From contig DASTVZ010000227.1 of NCBI GenBank assembly GCA_035758845.1, positions 20,491 through 84,490 of the forward strand: DNA of 64,000 nucleotides, given 5' to 3'. Positions 1 to 9,885 of the stretch are shown piece after piece. Within the stretch, counting starts at the first letter, position 1. Every line of letters starts with the position of its first letter. Under the pieces are notes generated by a model. The model worked only from the letters and a program-made list of their open reading frames with translations. It was not told the origin of the DNA and did not search any database. The position numbers and the translations under genes were made by a program. The stretch is from Vicinamibacterales bacterium. GTDB taxonomy: Bacteria > Acidobacteriota > Vicinamibacteria > Vicinamibacterales > 2-12-FULL-66-21.

Positions 1-196
1 CGCGAAGGAACTTCGTTTTCGGACCGGCAACGTTGGCGACCGGATGGAGACCAATCGTCTTGGTGACAACGCCACCCCATCCCGCGTCGAAGGCGCGCAG
101 GATGTTGCTGTCGGACTCGGTCGGCGGCGCCGATGACAACAGAAAGGGATTCTGAAACCGCAGCCCTGTAAACGTGACCGACAGGTCGGCTGCCAT
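1..196 (-). CDS. preA: Dihydropyrimidine dehydrogenase PreA-like (DHOD-like flavoenzyme), N-terminal 65 codons; gene runs out of the window
   Basis: Own translation of the minus strand from ATG (196-194): MAADLSVTFTGLRFQNPFLLSSAPPTESDSNILRAFDAGWGGVVTKTIG... This resembles the DLS.TF.G..F.NPF.LSS.P and GWGGVV.KTIG N-terminus of PreA. It is absent from the ORF track because it has no stop in the window. Confidence 0.6.
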   Translation of the reverse strand, partial: MAADLSVTFTGLRFQNPFLLSSAPPTESDSNILRAFDAGWGGVVTKTIGLHPVANVAGPKTKFLR

Positions 197-244
197 GTAG
201 CCTCCGTAAATTTACCGGATTCGGAAACGCGGATTATACGTTTC

Positions 245-273
245 TTGACACACTTTCCGTGCAGAAATACTGT
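245..273 (+). promoter_or_regulatory. Candidate sigma70-type promoter for the beta-ureidopropionase gene
   Basis: TTGACA (245-250), a 17-nt spacer, then TACTGT (268-273), about 25 nt upstream of ATG 299. A 6-bp inverted repeat GACACA...TGTGTC spans the spacer. Sequence match only. Confidence 0.35.
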
Positions 274-298
274 GTCAGGTTCTAAACAGGAGCATCTC

Positions 299-1168
<870 letters not shown>

Positions 1169-1372
1169 AGGCGCCTGCGGCCCGGGGCGAGCGGCCGGCT
1201 TGCCAGCCGGAGCGCCGGGCCCACCGTCGCTAAGGCTCCGGTGGGCAACCTTCGCGAGACCACGGCGCGAAGGTTGGAGGGAAGCGACGCGCAGCGGCGC
1301 CCGCGCGCGAGAGCGCGTGGGGGGCCCCACGCGCAGTAAGAAATGCAGACACGGACAGAGCTAGAAGCAAAG

Positions 1373-2848
1373 ATGCGGAACCTCAAAAATTTCATCGACG
1401 GGAAGTGGCGGGATTCGGCAGGGGCGCGGGTCCATGATCTCAATCCGGCAGACGTGCACGACATCGTCGCCGACGCGCCCTCATCGACGGCCAGGGAAGC
1501 GGCGGATGCGTGTGAGGCCGCGGCACGCGCGTTTCCGGGATGGCGTCAAACCCCGGCTCCGGTTCGCGGCCAGATCCTCTACAAAGTGCAGAGACGCATG
1601 GAGGAGCGCCGGCAGGAGCTGGCCGAGGCGCTGACCCGTGAAGAGGGAAAGACGATCGCCGAATCACGCGGCGAGATTCAGCGGGCGATCAACGTCATCG
1701 AGTTCTTCGCCGGCGAAGCGAGACGAATCACGGGCGAGACGATCCCGTCCGAGTTGTCGAACAATTTCTGCTACACGCTGAAACAGCCGGTTGGCGCCGT
1801 CGGCGTCATCACGCCCTGGAATTTCCCGATCGCCATTCCGATTTGGAAGATCGCGCCAGCGTTGGTGGCCGGCAATACCGTCGTCTTCAAACCCGCCTCG
1901 CTGACGCCGCTGACCGCGGCACTCATCGTCGAGATCTTCGACGAGTGCGGGCTGCCGCCGGGGGTATTGAACCTGGTTTACGGCGGCGGTCGGGAAGTGG
2001 GAGACACCATCGTTCGCCACCCCGCGATCCTCGCGGTGTCCTTTACCGGATCGAACGACGTCGGTGTCGGCCTTTACGGAGCGGCGGCCGCGCGCGGAAT
2101 CAAGTGTCAATGCGAGATGGGCGGCAAGAATCCGATCGTCATCCTGGCAGATGCCGATCTCGATCTGGCGGTCGAAAGCACAGTACAAGGTGCGTTCGGA
2201 TCGACGGGCCAGCGCTGCACCGCCACGAGCCGCGCGGTTATCGTCGAGCCTGTCGCCGACGAATTCGTGGATCGACTTGCCGCGCGAACGGCTTCGCTCG
2301 TCGTCGGCAACGGCTTGAATCCGGCGACGAACGTCGGTCCGTCGGTCGACGAGCGTCAACTCGAGACGGTCCTGAGCTACGTCGAAACCGGCCAACACGA
2401 AGGGGCCAGGCTGGTTCGCGGCGGCGAGCGGATGCGCGACGATGGACGTGACCGCGGGTTCTTCGTCGAGCCCGCGATCTTCGACCACGTTGACGCCAAT
2501 ATGCGCATCGCCCAGGAAGAGATTTTTGGCCCCGTTCTTTCGCTGATCCGTGTGCCCAATAATGAGTCCGCGCTCTCGGTCGCCAATAACGTTCGCTTCG
2601 GACTCTCGGCATCGGTCTACACCAACGACGTGGCAGCGATGTTCAGGTTCGTCGACCGCCTGGATGCCGGTATCCTCCACGTGAACTCGCCAACCGTCGG
2701 CGGCGAAGCGCACGTGCCGTTCGGCGGGATGAAAGCCACCGGTGTAGGGTTGCGGGAAATGGGTCGGGTGGCGATCGATTTTTATACTGAGCTGAAGGTC
2801 GTGTACGTCGATTACACGGGCGGGGCACGAAGGGGGAATCTGTACTAG
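1373..2848 (+). CDS. NAD(P)-dependent aldehyde dehydrogenase family protein
   Basis: ORF 1343..2848. ALDH motifs EMGGKNP (catalytic Glu) and GQRCTATSR (catalytic Cys). [12 protein letters not shown] is a typical ALDH N-terminus, so ATG 1373 is preferred over ATG 1343. Confidence 0.85.
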   Translation: MRNLKNFIDGKWRDSAGARVHDLNPADVHDIVADAPSSTAREAADACEAAARAFPGWRQTPAPVRGQILYKVQRRMEERRQELAEALTREEGKTIAESRGEIQRAINVIEFFAGEARRITGETIPSELSNNFCYTLKQPVGAVGVITPWNFPIAIPIWKIAPALVAGNTVVFKPASLTPLTAALIVEIFDECGLPPGVLNLVYGGGREVGDTIVRHPAILAVSFTGSNDVGVGLYGAAAARGIKCQCEMGGKNPIVILADADLDLAVESTVQGAFGSTGQRCTATSRAVIVEPVADEFVDRLAARTASLVVGNGLNPATNVGPSVDERQLETVLSYVETGQHEGARLVRGGERMRDDGRDRGFFVEPAIFDHVDANMRIAQEEIFGPVLSLIRVPNNESALSVANNVRFGLSASVYTNDVAAMFRFVDRLDAGILHVNSPTVGGEAHVPFGGMKATGVGLREMGRVAIDFYTELKVVYVDYTGGARRGNLY

Positions 2849-2850
2849 TA

Positions 2851-2934
2851 CTGAAATTGCCGATTGCTGATTTACGATTGCTGATTGACGTCGCGTTCAA
2901 TCAGCATTCAGCAATCAACAATCAGAAATTTCAG
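2851..2934. repeat. AT-rich heptamer hairpin element, full copy (38-nt arms, 8-nt loop)
   Basis: Left arm 2851-2888 is CTGAAATTGCCGATTGCTGATTTACGATTGCTGATTGA, the loop is CGTCGCGT, and the right arm is 2897-2934. 30 of 38 arm positions are complementary. It starts 2 nt after the ALDH stop codon. Confidence 0.8.
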
Positions 2935-2942
2935 AGTTGCTC

Positions 2943-4346
2943 ATGTCTCTGCTCATCACCAACGGCCGAATCATCACCGCTTCTGACGATTACGTCGCCG
3001 ACGTCTATTGCAACGACGGCGTGATCGCGGCAATCGGCAAGAACCTTCCGCCGGATCGTTTCCACGCTGATCGCACCATCGACGCCTCCGGCAAGTACGT
3101 CATCCCGGGCGGCATCGACGTCCACACCCATCTCAACATGCCGTTTGGCGGGACGACGTCCGCCGATGATTTCGAGTCGGGCACCATCGCCGCCGCATTC
3201 GGCGGGACCACCAGCATCGTCGACTTCGCCATTCAGTACCGCGGCAAGACCATGAGGCATGCGCTCGACGACTGGCGGCAGCGGGCTGAGGGAAACGCGG
3301 TGATCGACTACGGGTTCCACATGATCGTCACCGAGCTCGAGGACGCCGGCCTTGGCGACATGGATCGCATGGTTCGCGACGAAGGGATCACGAGCTTCAA
3401 GCTCTTCATGGCCTATCCCGGCGTCTTCATGGTCGACGACCAAACGATCTTTCGCGCGCTCCGGCGAACCGGCGACAACGGCGGCCTCGTCTGCATGCAT
3501 GCCGAGAACGGCGGGGTGATCGACGAACTGGTCAAGGAGGCGCTCCGGAAAGGAGAGACCGCGCCCAAGTATCACGCGCTCACGCGGCCGCCGACGGCGG
3601 AAGGGGAAGCCACCGGCCGCGCCATCGCGTTGGCGGAATTAGCCGGCGTGCCGATTTACATCGTGCACCTCTCGGCGGCGCACGCGCTGGAGAAGATCAA
3701 ACAGGCGAGGGACATGGGGCTCCCCGCCTACGCGGAGACCTGCCCGCAGTACCTGTTTCTGTCGTACGACAACTACGAGGAACCAGGATTCGACGGCGCA
3801 AAGTACGTGATGTCTCCGCCTCTGCGTGAGAAGTGGCATCAGGACGTGCTGTGGAAAGGCCTCGCGAAAAATGATCTGCAGGTGATCTCAACCGACCACT
3901 GCCCGTTCTGCATGGCCGAACAGAAGGAACTCGGGCGCAACGATTTCAGCAAGATTCCAAACGGCGCGCCCGGGATCGAGACGCGCCTCACGCTCGTGCA
4001 CGACGGCGGCGTCAGGTCCGGCCGCATTTCGATGAACCGTTTCGTCGAGCTTTGTTCGACCACGCCGGCGCGAATGTTCGGTCTGTTTCCGCGCAAAGGC
4101 ACGATCGCTGTTGGCAGCGATGCCGACATCGTGGTTTTCGATCCGCATGCGGCGGCGACGCTCAGTGCGAAAACCCTGCACATGAAGGTCGATTACAACC
4201 CGTACGAAGGCCGCATGGTGAAGGGCTCGCCCTCGACCGTCATCAGCAACGGCGAAATCATCATCGACGGCGATCGATTCGTTGGAAAGAAAGGCAGGGG
4301 CCGCTTTTTACGTCGCGGCCCCAGCCAGGCACCTGCCGGTCTTTGA
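2943..4346 (+). CDS. hydA: Dihydropyrimidinase / D-hydantoinase
   Basis: ORF 2937..4346, with ATG at 2943. Cyclic amidohydrolase motifs GGIDVHTHLNMPF and FKLFMAY (carbamylated Lys context). Confidence 0.9.
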   Translation: MSLLITNGRIITASDDYVADVYCNDGVIAAIGKNLPPDRFHADRTIDASGKYVIPGGIDVHTHLNMPFGGTTSADDFESGTIAAAFGGTTSIVDFAIQYRGKTMRHALDDWRQRAEGNAVIDYGFHMIVTELEDAGLGDMDRMVRDEGITSFKLFMAYPGVFMVDDQTIFRALRRTGDNGGLVCMHAENGGVIDELVKEALRKGETAPKYHALTRPPTAEGEATGRAIALAELAGVPIYIVHLSAAHALEKIKQARDMGLPAYAETCPQYLFLSYDNYEEPGFDGAKYVMSPPLREKWHQDVLWKGLAKNDLQVISTDHCPFCMAEQKELGRNDFSKIPNGAPGIETRLTLVHDGGVRSGRISMNRFVELCSTTPARMFGLFPRKGTIAVGSDADIVVFDPHAAATLSAKTLHMKVDYNPYEGRMVKGSPSTVISNGEIIIDGDRFVGKKGRGRFLRRGPSQAPAGL

Positions 4347-4398
4347 TCAGGTTCGGCTGGGTTCGACGAGGTAGAACCCCGAAGAACCTCGTAGAACC

Positions 4399-4917
4399 CT
4401 ATTTCGCCACGCTCAAATTGTTCTTCACATCAAATACACCGTTGATCTCGCGCGCCTTGAGACCCGCCACCGTCTTGTCGCTCTCGCTGTCGACAGCGCC
4501 TTCGAGCGTCACGCGCCCCTGTTTCACGATGATGTGAATCGGCGGCTGGCTCTGGAACCCATACCGATCGAGTGCCGTGCTGTTGTAGATATTCCGTGCC
4601 ACGGCCAACCGAATTGCATCATCCGACGGCGACACCGGCAGCACCTCGATATCGTTGATCACCTGATCGACACCGCCGACCCTCTTCACGCGCCGCTCGG
4701 CGTCGCTCTTGAGCGTCGGCCGGACCACCTGGCCCAAGAGCCTGATTGTTCCGCCGGGTTCGACGCGAAACGCCAAAAAGTCGAACACCGAGTAGTACGG
4801 CAGCAACATCAGCTCGCGCTCCACATCAGCTTCCACACGAAGCGTGCGCGAATCCTTCTGCTGGGCCGGTGCAACTAGCGAGAGCACCGCGGTCAATGCA
4901 ATGGCAACTGGATACAT
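4399..4917 (-). CDS. BON domain-containing secreted protein (OsmY-like)
   Basis: Signal-peptide-like N-terminus MYPVAIALTAVLSLVAPAQQ. Two BON-like segments ending in GRVTLEGAVDSESDKTVAGLKAREINGVFDVKNNL. Confidence 0.7.
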   Translation of the reverse strand: MYPVAIALTAVLSLVAPAQQKDSRTLRVEADVERELMLLPYYSVFDFLAFRVEPGGTIRLLGQVVRPTLKSDAERRVKRVGGVDQVINDIEVLPVSPSDDAIRLAVARNIYNSTALDRYGFQSQPPIHIIVKQGRVTLEGAVDSESDKTVAGLKAREINGVFDVKNNLSVAK

Positions 4918-5024
4918 GACAGAACTCCTGACGCTTCAATTACTCGCTCCAGGATAGCGCTGAACGCTGCTGACGGGTTGTTTGCCCGCACGGTGACTTT
5001 CATGGATCATCTGCTGACCTAGAC

Positions 5025-6503
5025 GTGAGGAAGCGTGTGATCCAGACAACCACTCAGGTTGAGCGTGCCGACGGTCGCGTCGAACTTGTCGATACATCCA
5101 CGGTCGAGCGCAGTGTTTTGTACAACGAGGACCTCGCCCCGGTACCGATTGCACTGCGCACCTGGAGCACGTACAACTTCGCTGCGCTGTGGATCAGCAT
5201 GGCGCACTGCATTCCAACTTACATGCTGTCGGCCGGACTGATGGCGGCTGGCATGAGCTGGTCTCAGGCGCTCTTCACCGTCGGTGTAGGGAACACCATC
5301 GTCCTGATCCCAATTCTTCTCAACTCGCATCCCGGCACACGATACGGGATTCCGTTTCCCGTGTTTGCCCGGGCCGCTTACGGAACGATCGGATCCAATC
5401 TTCCGGCGCTGATGCGCGCAATCGTCGCGTGCGGATGGTTCGGCATCCAGGCGTGGATCGGTGGCGAGGCCGTCAACACGTTCTTCGCCAGCATTATTCC
5501 GGGCTGGCAGGGGTTGCTGGGCAGCGGGTTCGGCGGCCACTCGACGACCGAGTGGCTGTCGTTTCTGATCTTCTGGAGTTTGAACGTCGCGATTGTCTAT
5601 CGCGGCATGGATCTCTTACGGAAGGTCGAGAACTGGGCTGCGCCATTCGTCCTCGTCATGACCGCCCTCCTGCTTGCATGGGCGGTCACGGAGGCGAACG
5701 GCTTCGGCCCGCTGCTGTCGCAGCCTGGCAAGTATTCGTCGCTGCAGGAGTTCCTGCCGGTATTCGTCCCCTCGCTGACGGCGATGATCGGGTTCTGGGC
5801 AACGCTGTCGCTCAACATGCCGGACTTCACGCGCTTCGGCCGAAGCCAGCGCGAGCAGATCATCGGCCAGGTTGTGGCCTTGCCAACCACGATGTTCGTG
5901 TTTGCCGCGATGGGCGTACTGATCACCAGCGCGACGGCGATCATTTACCACGAGGTCATCTGGGATCCGATCAAGCTGATTGGCCGATTCAGCAACCCTC
6001 TGGTGATTGCCGTCTCCATGTTCACCGCCGTGGTCGCAACGCTCGCAGTCAATATCGCGGCGAATGTCGTATCCCCGGCGAACGATTTCGCGAACGCCTT
6101 TCCCCGGGTGATCAAGTTCAAGACCGGCGGACTCATTACCGGGATTCTGGGGATTCTGATTCAGCCCTGGCGGCTGCTCGCCGATCCGTCCGGCTACATC
6201 TACAACTGGCTGCTCGGATATTCGGGCGGTCTGGGATCGATCGCGGGAGTGCTCATCGCCGACTACTGGATCGTCCGCAAGAAACAGCTATCGCTCGAGG
6301 ACTTGTATTTGCCGGACGGTCGGTATGGCCGCTGGAACCCGGCCGGCATTCTCGCGACCGTGATCGGTTGCGCCCTCGCGTGGGGAGGGCTCATCATTCC
6401 GGCGCTGCGGCCGCTCTATGACTACGCCTGGTTTGTCGGGTTCGCGGCCGCTGCGATCGCCTACGTCGCTCTCGCCTCTTTCCGGACTCGGGCCAGTCGA
6501 TAG
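5025..6503 (+). CDS. NCS1 family nucleobase:cation symporter (cytosine/uracil/hydantoin/allantoin permease type)
   Basis: 492-aa polytopic membrane ORF with the typical NCS1 N-terminus NEDLAPVPIALRTWSTYNFAALWISM. Adjacent to dihydropyrimidinase. The start (GTG 5025) is uncertain. Confidence 0.8.
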   Translation: MRKRVIQTTTQVERADGRVELVDTSTVERSVLYNEDLAPVPIALRTWSTYNFAALWISMAHCIPTYMLSAGLMAAGMSWSQALFTVGVGNTIVLIPILLNSHPGTRYGIPFPVFARAAYGTIGSNLPALMRAIVACGWFGIQAWIGGEAVNTFFASIIPGWQGLLGSGFGGHSTTEWLSFLIFWSLNVAIVYRGMDLLRKVENWAAPFVLVMTALLLAWAVTEANGFGPLLSQPGKYSSLQEFLPVFVPSLTAMIGFWATLSLNMPDFTRFGRSQREQIIGQVVALPTTMFVFAAMGVLITSATAIIYHEVIWDPIKLIGRFSNPLVIAVSMFTAVVATLAVNIAANVVSPANDFANAFPRVIKFKTGGLITGILGILIQPWRLLADPSGYIYNWLLGYSGGLGSIAGVLIADYWIVRKKQLSLEDLYLPDGRYGRWNPAGILATVIGCALAWGGLIIPALRPLYDYAWFVGFAAAAIAYVALASFRTRASR

Positions 6504-7027
6504 TGACTCATCGCCAACACCGCGCACGCGAACGCGCCGCCAAGAACGAACGGGCCGGCCGGCGTGAACGCATAGATGAACGCGTAGAGAACTCCGAACT
6601 CGAGGATCTCGAACGCGGACGCGCGAAAAATCACGCCGCGTCGATACTCCAGGTGACCTGTCATGCCGTCGGGTCGCAGCGCGTGCTGAAAGAGCAGCCA
6701 GTTGCGAAGATGCCGGACGTGAACCGTCAGCTGGATGAGCAGCAGCGCACCGAGCATGAACAAGTAGAACCCGTGTAGCTCCGGCTCCGCCACTCTTGCC
6801 GCGACAAATAGTGCGGTCGTGCTAACGATCAACATGGCAATGAAACGCGGGCTGATGCGACGTAACGCATTCACTTCTGCCTCGAACAGTGGATTGAGTT
6901 CGTAACTGCCCTCGAATTTGATCTTGTCCTGCCGCATGTAGAGGCGAGCGCAGGTGATCGTCAGGTAGTAGTCGGAGCAATAAAGTAACGCCCACACGAT
7001 CGGTCCCACCCACACGATATCTCCCAT
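6461..7027 (-). CDS. Hypothetical integral membrane protein
   Basis: ORF 6461..7066 with several hydrophobic helices and no family recognised. ATG 7027 is preferred because the upstream codons lie inside a repeat element. The 3' end overlaps the convergent NCS1 gene by 43 nt. Confidence 0.5.
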   Translation of the reverse strand: MGDIVWVGPIVWALLYCSDYYLTITCARLYMRQDKIKFEGSYELNPLFEAEVNALRRISPRFIAMLIVSTTALFVAARVAEPELHGFYLFMLGALLLIQLTVHVRHLRNWLLFQHALRPDGMTGHLEYRRGVIFRASAFEILEFGVLYAFIYAFTPAGPFVLGGAFACAVLAMSHYRLARVRKEARAT

Positions 7028-7049
7028 GCTCGATTTCCTCACTGACGAA

Positions 7050-7079
7050 CAATCACCAATCAGCAATCAGCAATTTCAG
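7050..7079. repeat. AT-rich heptamer element, single arm
   Basis: CAATCACCAATCAGCAATCAGCAATTTCAG. The TGA stop of the YitT gene (7076-7078, minus strand) is the TGA inside the terminal CTGAAA. Confidence 0.7.
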
Positions 7080-7924
7080 TGCAATCCCCGATGCTTCACC
7101 ATGCCGCCCTGGACGTCGGCAAGCGCATGATATGTAATGAACGCGCTCTCATCGAGGGCCTGAGCGATGTTCTTCACCCGGCCCACTTCCAGTCTCGTAA
7201 CGACGCAGTACAGGATGTCCTGATCCTCGAAGCTGAGACCGCCGCGGCCTTTGTAGACGGTCACGCCTCGCCCGAGATTCGCCATGATCTGCGCCGCGAT
7301 TTCACCGCTGGCGCGGGAAACGATCGTGATGGCCGTGTATTCCTCGATGCCGTGAATGACGAAGTCGAGCGTCCGCGCGGCGGCGACATACGTCAGGATC
7401 GAATACAGCGCCTTATCGACTCCCAGCACCGACATTGCGACGAGAAATAACGCGACGTTAAAGAGCAGGATGACATCGCCGACCTTGAAGAGATGGCTTT
7501 GCCGGCTAATCAACAGCGCGGCGATCTCGGTTCCATCGAGCACGGCCCCGCCGCGCACCGCGAGCCCGATTCCAGCTCCAAGAAAGAACCCGCCGAATAC
7601 CGCCGTGAGCACGAGATCCGGGGTCACGTCCGGAAATGGAATGGTCGCGAGCGCCACCGACAGGCCACCAATAGCGAGCACACTGCGAAACGCGAACGCT
7701 CCGCCGATTTGGCGGTATCCGAGAGCGACAAACGGAAGATTGACGACCACGATCCAGATGGAGAGCGGTGTGCTACTGACCATCGAGATGAGCATGGAAA
7801 TGCCGGTGACACCGCCGTCGATGAAGTGGCTGGAAAGCAGGAAACCCTTGATCCCCATGCAGGCGGAGAGGATCCCGAGCAGGATGAGCAGACCGTTCAG
7901 CGATTCACGCGCGGCGCGATTCAC
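7076..7924 (-). CDS. YitT family membrane protein (C-terminal DUF2179)
   Basis: 282-aa ORF with a polytopic N-terminal part and a C-terminal GVTVYKGRGGLSFEDQDILYCVVTRLEVGRVKNI segment typical of YitT/DUF2179. Confidence 0.75.
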   Translation of the reverse strand: MNRAARESLNGLLILLGILSACMGIKGFLLSSHFIDGGVTGISMLISMVSSTPLSIWIVVVNLPFVALGYRQIGGAFAFRSVLAIGGLSVALATIPFPDVTPDLVLTAVFGGFFLGAGIGLAVRGGAVLDGTEIAALLISRQSHLFKVGDVILLFNVALFLVAMSVLGVDKALYSILTYVAAARTLDFVIHGIEEYTAITIVSRASGEIAAQIMANLGRGVTVYKGRGGLSFEDQDILYCVVTRLEVGRVKNIAQALDESAFITYHALADVQGGMVKHRGLH

Positions 7925-7967
7925 TGAGCAATCTTATGCTTATCCATTGTTCCCGTGGGTTCGGGAT

Positions 7968-7992
7968 CGGGATCCGTTGTCCGGGATCCGGG
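7968..7992. repeat. GGATCC-rich 25-nt intergenic motif, copy 1
   Basis: CGGGATCCGTTGTCCGGGATCCGGG matches CGGGATCCGGTGTCCGGAATCCGGG at 10951-10975 at 23 of 25 positions. It is embedded in a GGGATC(C)-rich stretch at 7957-8003. Confidence 0.6.
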
Positions 7993-8025
7993 ATCCGATC
8001 CGTGTTAATCCATGTTGATCCGTGG

Positions 8026-9783
8026 TTACGCGGCCTGCTTATCGATGCGGGCGCGCAACGAAGCGAGTTCCGCGCCAATCGCCCGAAGCTCCTGCTCGGT
8101 CGTCTGGAGCTTTTCCCCTTCGGCGCGGACGAAGCGGCTATACGGCGCAATGCTCTCGCGGATGCGATCGCCGCTCTTCTGGATTTCCTTGGCAAACTGA
8201 TCGTGCAGGGCATCGGACAGCCGCTGGCGCACGTCGGCGATCTTCCGCCGCATCTGTTCCTTCGCCCGCTCCCGCTTCGCGGGAAGAATGAAGAAGCCGA
8301 GCGCCGCAATGACCGACGCCATGATGATCCCGGTCACGTCGGCCGCGGCGGTCGTCGCGGCAATCGTCACAATCGCGCCGAGACCCACCCCTCCAGCGCT
8401 GATCGCCGCTGCCGCCGCCACGGCATTCCGTGCATCATCTGCAAGTTCGCGCGCTTCTTTACGGCGATCGAAGGAGTCGATGACCTTTTGCGATTCGCGG
8501 CTGACGGCTTCGAGCAAGCGGCTGCGATCGCTCAGAAACCTCGATGAATCCGTATCGCCAACGATCCGGTCGCGGTATTGCCGCCGCCGTTCCGCGAGGT
8601 GTCTCGTGACGTCCTGCCACTGGCGCAAATCCGCGTCGACGAGCCAGTCGACCAGCTCGCTAACCTTGCGCTCGATCTCCCGGGGTGCCTCGCCCACGAC
8701 GCGCTGCTCGAATCCTTGCTGCATGCGGCTGCGGTTCAAGAGATCCATCACTCGGCCGACACGCATCGTGTCGTCGAAGAACTCGTGACCTCGCTTTTCC
8801 ATTTCGAGCAGGATGCGGTCGATATCCGAGATACGGAAGCCAAAGTCGCGCATCAGGTCCGCCTGGTAGACCGAGAGCTGACTCTCCACCTCGTCGAGCG
8901 TCGCAAAGTCTCCCTTCAGGAGCGCCGTGCGCTCCCTGACGGCTGCCGCATGTCGGTCGGTCAATGCCGCGCCCACCCCGAGCGGATTCAACAGCTTCAA
9001 CCGGATCCGGCCAGGTGAATCGAGCGTTTCACGGATATAGCGTTCCAGCGCCTCGAACCGGCTCGCAGCCCACGCCGTCGGATCTCCCTGCTTTGCGCGA
9101 AGCGCCAGCCGCGCGCTGAGGGGAAAAATCTCCGGGCTGAACCCGAGCAGCGCACGCGCGTTGTCTGCGACGAAGGCGCGAACCTCGTCGATCTGTGCGC
9201 TCGTCTCCAGAATGTCGATCTTGTTGATGACCACGACGATTTTCTTGCCCCACCCGCGGACCTGTTCGAGAAACGCACGCTCGGTTTCGGTGAACGGACG
9301 GTCGGCCGAGGTCACGAACAAGACAAGGTCGGATCGCGGAACGAATTCGGCGGTGATCGCTTCATGTTCGCGAATGATCGCGTTGGTCCCTGGCGTGTCG
9401 ACGATGTGGATCTCGCGCAGGATCTCGGCCGGCGCGGTGATGACGTGCAGGTGGGCTTCGCGAACCGTGCGTCCGACCGTGTCGCCGTGCTGGAGAACGT
9501 TGATCTGCGCTGTGGTCGGCGTCACCCCCTCCTGCGCGACCACCGCGCCAACCAACGCATTGATGAACGCGCTCTTGCCTGAATTGAATTCCCCGACTAT
9601 GACCAGCAGAAACAGTTCGTCGAGTTGTTCAATGGAACGATCGAGAGCCTGCTGATGCTCGGGGGCCGCGTCGAAGCGCACGAGGGCGGTGCGCAGGCGT
9701 GCGAGGATCCGACGCTCCTCCTTGACCAGCTCATCCTCTCCGCCTGACAGGATTTTCCCCAGCATCGGCCGACGGAGCTGCAT
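8026..9783 (-). CDS. Dynamin family GTPase (bacterial dynamin-like protein)
   Basis: 585-aa ORF with P-loop GEFNSGKSAFINALVG, a DTPG motif and NKID. It has a long helical stalk and a hydrophobic paddle-like segment (AAAAISAGGVGLGAIVTIAATTAAADVTGIIMASVIAALGFFIL). Confidence 0.8.
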   Translation of the reverse strand: MQLRRPMLGKILSGGEDELVKEERRILARLRTALVRFDAAPEHQQALDRSIEQLDELFLLVIVGEFNSGKSAFINALVGAVVAQEGVTPTTAQINVLQHGDTVGRTVREAHLHVITAPAEILREIHIVDTPGTNAIIREHEAITAEFVPRSDLVLFVTSADRPFTETERAFLEQVRGWGKKIVVVINKIDILETSAQIDEVRAFVADNARALLGFSPEIFPLSARLALRAKQGDPTAWAASRFEALERYIRETLDSPGRIRLKLLNPLGVGAALTDRHAAAVRERTALLKGDFATLDEVESQLSVYQADLMRDFGFRISDIDRILLEMEKRGHEFFDDTMRVGRVMDLLNRSRMQQGFEQRVVGEAPREIERKVSELVDWLVDADLRQWQDVTRHLAERRRQYRDRIVGDTDSSRFLSDRSRLLEAVSRESQKVIDSFDRRKEARELADDARNAVAAAAAISAGGVGLGAIVTIAATTAAADVTGIIMASVIAALGFFILPAKRERAKEQMRRKIADVRQRLSDALHDQFAKEIQKSGDRIRESIAPYSRFVRAEGEKLQTTEQELRAIGAELASLRARIDKQAA

Positions 9784-9794
9784 CTTTTGTTCCC

Positions 9795-9885
9795 GCGGTT
9801 GGCGATTGGCCGTTGCGGTTGGCGGTTGGCGGTTGGCGATTAGCGGTTGGCGGCGATTAGCGGTTGGCGAGTGGCCGATTAGCGG
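9795..9885. repeat. GC-rich tandem heptad/14-17-nt repeat (GGTTGGC / GATTAGCGG units)
   Basis: GCGGTTGGCGATTGGCCGTTGCGGTTGGCGGTTGGCGGTTGGCGATTAGCGGTTGGCGGCGATTAGCGGTTGGCGAGTGGCCGATTAGCGG. It fills the gap between the desaturase stop and the dynamin start. The desaturase TAA stop (9879-9881) lies inside the last GATTAGC unit. Confidence 0.75.

Noticed and set aside
1664-2713. Long ORFs antisense or out of frame to confident genes. Examples: 1664-2713, 9864-10892, 10889-11746, 12468-13541, 16316-17173, 29427-30224, 41976-43022, 52197-53045, 55879-57036, 59734-60456.
   Set aside because: These are typical shadow ORFs of GC-rich DNA. Their translations are Arg/Pro/Gly/Ala-rich and low in complexity, have no family resemblance, and each fully overlaps a gene with clear conserved motifs.
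2851-2934. Annotating the heptamer hairpins and REP-like hairpins as intrinsic (Rho-independent) terminators.
   Set aside because: None is followed by a U-tract on either strand, and some lie between co-directional, probably co-transcribed genes. A terminator function is left as a hypothesis only.
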